Source of the DNA: Polyangiaceae bacterium
Lineage (GTDB): Bacteria; Myxococcota_A; Polyangia; Polyangiales; Polyangiaceae
NCBI GenBank assembly: GCA_965222375.1
Contig: CBDCTZ010000016.1
Location: 2,464,001-2,528,000, forward strand
Direction: 5' to 3'
Length of the DNA stretch: 64,000 nt
Position 1 is the stretch's first letter, and every line of letters starts with the position of its first letter. The notes beneath the pieces were generated by a model. That model did no database searches, had not been told where the DNA came from, and saw only the letters and a program-made list of their open reading frames with translations. Shown here one piece after another: positions 57,366 through 64,000 of this stretch. Made by a program: the position numbers and the translations under genes.

Positions 57366-57647
57366 GCGCGCGCTTCACGCTCCTGCACTGACAACTTCGG
57401 CGCCGGCGCCCCGGCGGAGATGCGGACGTGGCGGGCCCTCCAAGGCCCGCCCGCATCGAAGCCCCTTCCGGTCGGATTCAACCCTGTCGCCGGCGCTATT
57501 TCCGCAACTCAGCATCGCGGTCGCCCGACACTTTGTACCCTCCCGAGGGTGGGCCTCCGTACAAAAATTGCGCAACTGAATCTACACTGGGCCGATCACC
57601 GTGCCCACCCGCCCTGGGCCTGTTGTGGGTACGGTGTGGCAAAGGCA
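57366..57647 (+). repeat. Right arm of the ~280-bp inverted repeat
   Basis: tttccgcaactcagcatcgcggtcgcccgac (57499-57529) is the exact reverse complement of 55464-55494. Confidence 0.88.
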
Positions 57648-57689
57648 TTTCTTTTTCCATACCCAGCCACCGTGCTGGGACGCGCATCG

Positions 57690-57878
57690 GCCGTGGTCAG
57701 CTCGTCCGTCGCCACCCAAGCAGCGCCCGCCGTGGTCAGCTCGGTAGTCGTCCCCCAAGCAGCGCCCGCCGTGGTCAGCTCGGTAGTCGTCCCCCAAGCA
57801 GCGCGCGCTATTCAGTCCGGCAGTCGTCCCCCAAGCAGCGCGCTGTTCATCTCGCCGGTCGTCCCCCGAGCTGAGCGC
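57690..57878. repeat. 39-bp tandem repeat, 3 good and 2 decayed copies
   Basis: gccgtggtcagctcggtagtcgtcccccaagcagcgccc. Confidence 0.85.
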
Positions 57879-58036
57879 GTCATGCGGTCCTCGGAGCGAC
57901 GATGCGCCCGAGGCTGGGTGTGCGCCCCGCGGCACCGTTCGATGTCCGAGTTTCCCGTTTGCCGCCCCACCAGAAAGGCTGCTCCGGAGCTGCAGATTAC
58001 TTTTCTGTCTCGGCGACCGGATGCCATGATTTCACG

Positions 58037-58393
58037 ATGCTCCAGGAACGTCGGAAAGCACGTAGTGATGTCGAACAGGTAGCCGCGCAGCTGTATTTGC
58101 GGGTGGCTACACAGCGCAGCAACCTGGCTGGGTTTGTGCTGGCGGATGACAGTGGGCTGGTGATTGCGGCTCAGACCAAGGGGGCGGCTGCGGAGACCCT
58201 GGCGGCGTTTGCGCCTTTGGGCAGCGCCAATCAGCACTGCGCGGAGGCCCTTTCGGTACCGGCTGACAGCGTGCATGTGCACTCCTTCGACCTGCTCGGT
58301 CAGCGTTGTCACTTGAGCGCGGTCGGACCGGCGAGGCCGAACATGCGCGACGCAGCCCAAGCCATGGGCCGCATCTTTTCTGAAGCGGCCTGA
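58037..58393 (+). CDS. Small Roadblock/LC7-like hypothetical protein
   Basis: FVLADDSGLVIAA...AETLAAFAP. Confidence 0.6.
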   Translation: MLQERRKARSDVEQVAAQLYLRVATQRSNLAGFVLADDSGLVIAAQTKGAAAETLAAFAPLGSANQHCAEALSVPADSVHVHSFDLLGQRCHLSAVGPARPNMRDAAQAMGRIFSEAA

Positions 58394-58577
58394 GGCGCCG
58401 CCGACAGCCTGGGGCTCCTCCAGGCGCGTTGACGCGAGCGGGTCCGCGACCAGGCGCCAAACACGCCGTGAGTTCTCGTCGCTGGCTCGACTGACCGACG
58501 GGCAGTGGCCCCGCGCGGCCCGGTGCGGGAGGCACGGCCCTGCCTGGCCTCGTGCTCGACCCCAAAACCAAACCGTA

Positions 58578-58599
58578 GAGTTAGTCGATCGACTAACTC
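58578..58599. repeat. Perfect 22-bp palindrome
   Basis: gagttagtcgatcgactaactc. Confidence 0.85.
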
Positions 58600-58673
58600 C
58601 AGATCCCGCGGCGTTCGCATCGCTGACGATGCTCAAGAGTTCGCAGCGCTCGCCGAGCAACGCCGCCAACAGA

Positions 58674-61205
58674 CTAAGGCGTCACGCTCATGCTCCCGAG
58701 CGCTCCGGCGCTGAACGTGAGGCCTGCGTTCGAGCCGGCGCCGTCGCTATCGCAGTAGGTCCAGGTCATGCCGCTGTCGACGCTCATGCGGTAGGTGTAG
58801 GCGTAGCTCTTGGCGCCGGAGATCGGGGGACCAGTGAATCTTGCGCTGTATTCGTCGTCGTTGCCGACTTGCACGTTGTAGGCGGCGTCCATGAAGGCCC
58901 AGGACGTTTGGGTCGAAGGATCGCTACCGACTAGGCCATAGCCGAGCTGGGCACGCACGGTGGAGTGCGCACCGGCCGCCTCGGTCACACCGGATTCGAA
59001 GACGCGGCCATAGACGAGGGCGCTCGGAGCTCCGGAGGTCACGGCTAGGTTGGTGGGGGACTGCAGGTTGCAGTAGTCGGCTTCTGTGGCTGCACCGGTT
59101 TCGTTTTGAGTATCTGCGGGGCAGGGGCAGTAGGCGGGCGCGGCGGCGGTGTTGCGGGGGATAGGTGTGGCGACGACGAAGTCGGTGGAATTGTCGTCGG
59201 CATCGGCGCAGCCGGCGACGTCGCGGAGGGCACCTCTGGTGTTGGAGAGGTTTGCCGTGCTGCCGCTGCCTTCGAAGCAGTTGGCGTTGTTGCCGTAGCC
59301 GACGAAGTCGACCAGGGGCGGGGAAGTCAGGGTTGGACAGGTGCCACTGAGCGCCGCGGTGCTTGCGACCAACGCGACCTTGGCGGCGGTTCCGGCCATG
59401 GATTGGGTGCCGATCTGGTCCGGGGTGGGCAGCGGCGAGCCCGTGCTACCGCCGGCCATGCGCAGCAAGAAGTAGCCGCCGGCGGGGATGCTGCCGGACA
59501 GGGGAGTTACGCTCCAATTGCTGCCGGTCGAGGAGGCGTACTGCACGGACCAGCCGCTCAGGTTGACGCTGCTGCTCGTGCGGTTGTGCAGCTCTACGAA
59601 GTCGTGGGTGAAGGCCGCGCCGGAGTTGCCGCCGCCGCCGTAGACCTGGCTGATGACGATGTCACCCATGCATGCGGCGGGGAAGGGCGTGGAGAAGCCC
59701 GTGGTGGATGTGTATTGGGATGCCATGGCGACGCCGGCACTGTCCGTCGCCGTAGTGGTGACGCGGATCTTGTAGGTCAGGCCGTAGGCGAGAGGCGCGG
59801 CGGGGGTCAGGCTGGCCGTGGTGTTTCCGCCGGACATGACGGCGGCGGCTTGGCTCATGCCGATGCAACTCGAAAAGTCGTCCGAGGAAACTTGGATCGA
59901 GCCGCTGCAGCTGCCCGACGCGGTCTGCGCGGATAGGGTAGCCGGGTTCATCGCCTCGCTGAAGGTGGCACTGATCCCGGTGCTGATGGCAATGCCATTC
60001 GCACCGTCTGCGGGAACCGTCGATGTGACGGTGGGCGCGCATTGGTTGTTGGTGCAGGTGCCGCCGCCACAGGTCGTGGCGGAGTTGCACTCGACGCAAC
60101 TCCCCGCGCCATCGCAGAACTTTCCGCCGGATTCAGTGCAGGTCTTGGTTTGGTTTTCCGGCGGATTGGAAGGCGTGCCGGCGGTGCACAGGTCTTGGGT
60201 GCATTCCTTGCCGTCCACGATCGGATCCGTGTCCAAGTTGATGCTGCCGATGTTGCCGCTGCCGTCGCAGACAGCTTGCTTGCAGTCCCCGGCGGTTTGG
60301 CTAGCCAGGGGCGTGTTCGCGGGGGTGAAGCTCAGACCGCAGACGTTGGCAGTGCATGTGCGCTTCTTGCACTCGTCGTCGTTGCCGGGGCAGTCAGTCG
60401 GGGCGTTGCAGCCCACGCACTTTCCCGCGGCGTTGCACACGCCGGAGGCTCCGCACTTCGTGCCAGGGCTCTTGGGTGTGTTGGCGGGCGTGCCGGCGCT
60501 GCAGCTGTCGTCTGTGCAGGGGTTGCTGTCGTCGGGCAGATCCGAGTCGTCGTTGACGGACGTGATGTTGCCGGAGCCGTCACACTGCGCCTTCTTGCAG
60601 TCACCAGCGGTCTGAGCGGTCACGGGCGTTCCGGCGGCGCTGAATCCCGTCCCGCACACCCCGCCGGTGCATGTGCGCTGTTTGCACTCGTCGTCGGTGC
60701 CTGGGCAATCGTTGGGCGCGAGGCACTGCACACACTGGCCGCTCGTGTCGCACAGGCCTGCCGTGCACTTGGTCCCGCTCAGTTTGTTGTTGTGAGCGGG
60801 GGTGCCCGCGTTGCACACGTCATCGGTGCATTCGTTGGAGTCGTCCTCGATGTCTGTGTCGTCGTTGACGCTGGCGCTGTTGCCGTTGCCATCGCACTCG
60901 GCGCGCTTGCAGTCGCCCGGGGTCTGGGTGACGAGGGGCGTACCCGCCGGCGTGGGCGCGGCGCCGCACACTTGGCTTTCGCAGGTGGCCTGCTGGCACT
61001 CGTTCTGGGGCGGCGCGCAATCCGAAGGCGAGGAACAGCCGCCACTTCCCGCGCTGCCCGCTTGCCCGCCGGAGCCACCGAACCCCCCACTGCCACCCAC
61101 GCCGGCGGCGTTGCCCGTGCCGCCGCCGCCGGAGCCGCCCACCCCGCATGCCGAGCTCACCAGGACGCCCGCCCCGATCGCCAGCTGAATCGCCAAGGAA
61201 CGCAT
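58674..61205 (-). CDS. Surface lipoprotein: Cys-rich repeats, Ig-like domain, lamin-tail domain
   Basis: SSAC lipobox; three QTxGDCK repeats; ISATFSEAMN; VISQVYGGGGNSGA..DFVELHN. Confidence 0.85.
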   Translation of the reverse strand: MRSLAIQLAIGAGVLVSSACGVGGSGGGGTGNAAGVGGSGGFGGSGGQAGSAGSGGCSSPSDCAPPQNECQQATCESQVCGAAPTPAGTPLVTQTPGDCKRAECDGNGNSASVNDDTDIEDDSNECTDDVCNAGTPAHNNKLSGTKCTAGLCDTSGQCVQCLAPNDCPGTDDECKQRTCTGGVCGTGFSAAGTPVTAQTAGDCKKAQCDGSGNITSVNDDSDLPDDSNPCTDDSCSAGTPANTPKSPGTKCGASGVCNAAGKCVGCNAPTDCPGNDDECKKRTCTANVCGLSFTPANTPLASQTAGDCKQAVCDGSGNIGSINLDTDPIVDGKECTQDLCTAGTPSNPPENQTKTCTESGGKFCDGAGSCVECNSATTCGGGTCTNNQCAPTVTSTVPADGANGIAISTGISATFSEAMNPATLSAQTASGSCSGSIQVSSDDFSSCIGMSQAAAVMSGGNTTASLTPAAPLAYGLTYKIRVTTTATDSAGVAMASQYTSTTGFSTPFPAACMGDIVISQVYGGGGNSGAAFTHDFVELHNRTSSSVNLSGWSVQYASSTGSNWSVTPLSGSIPAGGYFLLRMAGGSTGSPLPTPDQIGTQSMAGTAAKVALVASTAALSGTCPTLTSPPLVDFVGYGNNANCFEGSGSTANLSNTRGALRDVAGCADADDNSTDFVVATPIPRNTAAAPAYCPCPADTQNETGAATEADYCNLQSPTNLAVTSGAPSALVYGRVFESGVTEAAGAHSTVRAQLGYGLVGSDPSTQTSWAFMDAAYNVQVGNDDEYSARFTGPPISGAKSYAYTYRMSVDSGMTWTYCDSDGAGSNAGLTFSAGALGSMSVTP

Positions 61206-61347
61206 GGCGCGGAACCTAGCGCATGCCGAGGCCCTCGGCAGCCAGGGGCGGAGCCCCGGGATTTTCGTCGGAAATCCCGAGCCGGCGTTCGTCGGCCGGC
61301 ACTTTCTTGGCGCTTCGTGGCCCCGGGCCGAGCCGTGGAAACCCTGC

Positions 61348-63093
61348 CTACTTGAGGGTCTTTTCGAAGGCGCAGGCAGTCTTGTGGCCGCGCGTGCACG
61401 CCATCTTGAAGCGCGATTTCGCTGCCTTAGCGCCCGTCGCGCCCTCCATCAATCCGGCTAGCACGCAGTCCGGTGGTGAGCCCTTAACGCATGCTTGGAC
61501 TGCCGCATTCTTTTCTTGCGGCTTGAACATGATGGTCTTCTTCTCGCCGAATGCGACCACCAACGCGGCGCAACCTAGCTTCTCTTGCCGACTGCACGCC
61601 ATCTTGAAACTGCGCTTGGCGCTGTCCGGGTTGCTCGCGAGGTCCAAGCGGCCCAGGTGGAAACAGCCCAGGGCCTTGCCGCTGTAGCACGCACGGCGAT
61701 ACAGCATGCTGGCGCGAATGGGGTTCTTGCCGAAACCCTTTTCGCCCGAGTCGTAGGCGTTTGCCACCGGAATGCAGCTTGCGGCCACGCCGCCGTGGCA
61801 GGCCCGCTCATGCAGCTTCAGGGCTTTCGTGGCGTCTGTCGCCATCATCGCCTTGCCGGCTTCTGCGCAGCTCTTGGGGTCACCGCCGGCGCAGCCCTTG
61901 CTGAACGCGGCCTGCGCCGCCGCAGCGTCGTCTTTCAGCGTGCGGCCCAAGACGGTGCAGCCCTCAGCGGCGCCAAGTTGGCATGCACGCTCTGCCGTCG
62001 ACCTGGCCTTGGCTGGGTCAGCCGTGATGTTCTTGCCGCTCAGGAGCTCAGCCGCAAACCAGGCGCAGGCGAGGCCGTCGTCTCCTTGGCACGCCTTGTC
62101 GAGGAGCGCGACGGCGGTCTTCGGGTCTTTGCGCCCGATGAGCTTGGCCAAGCTTCGGCAGCTGCCCGAGTGACCCTTGTCGCATTGCGCTTTGCAGCCA
62201 CTCTCGTCGCCGGGCTTGCATTGGTAAGCTGCTTCGGCGCTGGGCTTGCCGCACTTGCCTTCGACCAGCACTAGGCCTTCCGGGCAGCGTGCTTCTTCCG
62301 CGGCGGCGGGCGCTGCGGCCTCGGCGGCCTTTTGTTCCGGCGCGATCGGTGTCAGCACCAGGCGGATGGCCGCACCACATTGGGCCGGGGGAGTCGCGTC
62401 GTCGGGTTTGGCGCCCTTGCACGCGTTCGGATCGCCGTCTTGGTTTTTGGTTTCCCGCTTGCTCGAGCTCTTGGTGCTCGCCCCGGCTCCGAAGAGCTCG
62501 GCGGCAGCAGCCACTTTGGCGCTCGTGCCTGTGGACAGCACGAACGCGCCAACGGTCGCGGCGCGCACGATGTGGGTCGCGCCATCGCACTGGCCCTGGA
62601 GATCCTTCTTCGTCGGCGCCTGCCAGGTGGTGCGGTGCTTCCCGACCATGACGATGCCCACGTCCAGCGCCGAGCCGCGCTGCATCTCGCCGCCCAAGGT
62701 GGCGCCGGACAGGGGCAGATTGGCGCGCACCTCGTCGGCGTCAGAAAGGCGCACCACTTGCTCGCGTCGGGTCATGGCGATGTAGCCGTACTCGCCACTC
62801 AGCTTGCAGTCTCCGAGCACCTTCATGCCCTTGCAGTCGTATTGCACCACCGCGATGCCGTCCTTCATGGCGACTTCCAGGTCGCCGCGCTGCTCGGGCT
62901 TCCAATCCACGACCAGGGGTTCGGCGCCTTTGCTGACATCCCTGCAGTCGACAGGCTCTTCGCCCAAGGCGTCCTCGGCGGTCTTGGCTTCTGGGCGCAC
63001 GGTCTGAGCGGCGCCACCGGGCCCGCAGCTCGCGAGCAACGCGGGTAGGACGAACAGTGCACAGCCGGATACAAACAGTTGGCGATCGATCAT
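61348..63093 (-). CDS. Lipoprotein with Cys-rich Sel1-like repeats
   Basis: LASC lipobox; repeated KAC..G...GC..LG. Confidence 0.8.
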   Translation of the reverse strand: MIDRQLFVSGCALFVLPALLASCGPGGAAQTVRPEAKTAEDALGEEPVDCRDVSKGAEPLVVDWKPEQRGDLEVAMKDGIAVVQYDCKGMKVLGDCKLSGEYGYIAMTRREQVVRLSDADEVRANLPLSGATLGGEMQRGSALDVGIVMVGKHRTTWQAPTKKDLQGQCDGATHIVRAATVGAFVLSTGTSAKVAAAAELFGAGASTKSSSKRETKNQDGDPNACKGAKPDDATPPAQCGAAIRLVLTPIAPEQKAAEAAAPAAAEEARCPEGLVLVEGKCGKPSAEAAYQCKPGDESGCKAQCDKGHSGSCRSLAKLIGRKDPKTAVALLDKACQGDDGLACAWFAAELLSGKNITADPAKARSTAERACQLGAAEGCTVLGRTLKDDAAAAQAAFSKGCAGGDPKSCAEAGKAMMATDATKALKLHERACHGGVAASCIPVANAYDSGEKGFGKNPIRASMLYRRACYSGKALGCFHLGRLDLASNPDSAKRSFKMACSRQEKLGCAALVVAFGEKKTIMFKPQEKNAAVQACVKGSPPDCVLAGLMEGATGAKAAKSRFKMACTRGHKTACAFEKTLK

Positions 63094-63175
63094 CGGTCTC
63101 TCCTGCGGCGGGTGTTAGCGAGGATCCCGCGCAGGAGCAACGGTGGCGCAACCGCGGCACTTACAGTTGCCAGTG

Positions 63176-64000
63176 CTAATTGACAGTGGTTTCTGCTGGA
63201 GCTGCGTCTTCGGACTTTTGCGCAGTTTCTGCGATCTCGTCTCGGCGGCGTTTTGCTGCGGCGACGAAGCCCGAGAAAAGCGGGTGGCTCGACATGGGCC
63301 GGCTCTTGAACTCGGGGTGGAACTGGCAGCCGATGAAGTGCGGATGGTCCGGAAGCTCCACGATCTCGACGAGGCGGTCGTCGGGGCTGGTACCACTGAG
63401 TACCAAGCCGGCCTCGGAGAGGGGCTGTCGGTAGTCGTTGTTGAACTCGAAGCGATGGCGGTGCCGCTCGCTGATGTCGCTCTCGTTGTAGAACCCCTCG
63501 GCGCGGCTGCCCGGGAGAAGCTTGCAGGGGTAGGCGCCCAAGCGCATGGTGCCGCCCTTGTCTTTGACTCCGCGTTGGTCCGGCATCAGGTCGATCACCG
63601 GATGGGGCGGATCTTTCTGAAACTCGGTGCTGCTGGCGCCCTTCAGACCGCAGATGTGTCGGGCGAACTCGATCACCGCCAGCTGCATGCCGAGGCAGAT
63701 GCCGAAGAAGGGCACCTTGTTCTCGCGAGCAAAGCGGATCGCGCTGATCTTGCCTTCCACACCACGGTCCCCAAAGCCGCCGGGCACCAAGATGGCGTCG
63801 AGACCCGACAGCAGCGAGGCTGCACTGCTGCGCTCGATGTCTTCGGAATCGATGTACTCCAACTCGACGGAGACGTCGTTGGAGAGCCCGCCGTGAACCA
63901 GGGACTCGTGCAAAGACTTGTAGCTGTCCTTGAGGTGCACATACTTACCTACGACGCCGATCTTGACGCTGCCGCTTTCGGGCTTCTTGAACTTGTCGAC
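63176..64000 (-). CDS. pyrG: CTP synthase, C-terminal glutaminase part (5' end outside the window)
   Basis: [33 protein letters not shown]. Confidence 0.96.
   Translation of the reverse strand, partial: VDKFKKPESGSVKIGVVGKYVHLKDSYKSLHESLVHGGLSNDVSVELEYIDSEDIERSSAASLLSGLDAILVPGGFGDRGVEGKISAIRFARENKVPFFGICLGMQLAVIEFARHICGLKGASSTEFQKDPPHPVIDLMPDQRGVKDKGGTMRLGAYPCKLLPGSRAEGFYNESDISERHRHRFEFNNDYRQPLSEAGLVLSGTSPDDRLVEIVELPDHPHFIGCQFHPEFKSRPMSSHPLFSGFVAAAKRRRDEIAETAQKSEDAAPAETTVN

Overview
High-GC window that looks myxobacterial (inferred from the Ser/Thr kinases, TIGR02266-type PilZ protein, Cys-rich lipoproteins and triple-DsbA proteins). The backbone carries gloB, a MATE pump, a TPAT-type TRAP operon, two kinases and the 3' part of pyrG. 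Three accessory regions stand out. (1) A ~13.6 kb element (14101-27732) integrated in tRNA-Arg(CCG) and bounded by an exact 45-bp direct repeat. It encodes a tyrosine integrase, Xis/Cro-like regulators, a replication initiator and helicase loader, TerS- and TerL-like proteins, a tape-measure-like protein and probable defence genes. I see no capsid, portal, tail tube/sheath or lysis gene, so it is a candidate new type of phage satellite. Its att core lies inside the integrase ORF, so excision would swap a 5-aa C-terminus for a 71-aa one. (2) An HNH nuclease gene (55715-57139) between two ~280-bp imperfect inverted repeats that share hairpins, including one compensatory base-pair change. (3) A four-helix-bundle gene embedded in several repeat arrays next to a perfect 19-bp-arm palindrome. 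All calls come from reading motifs by eye; no database searches were run.
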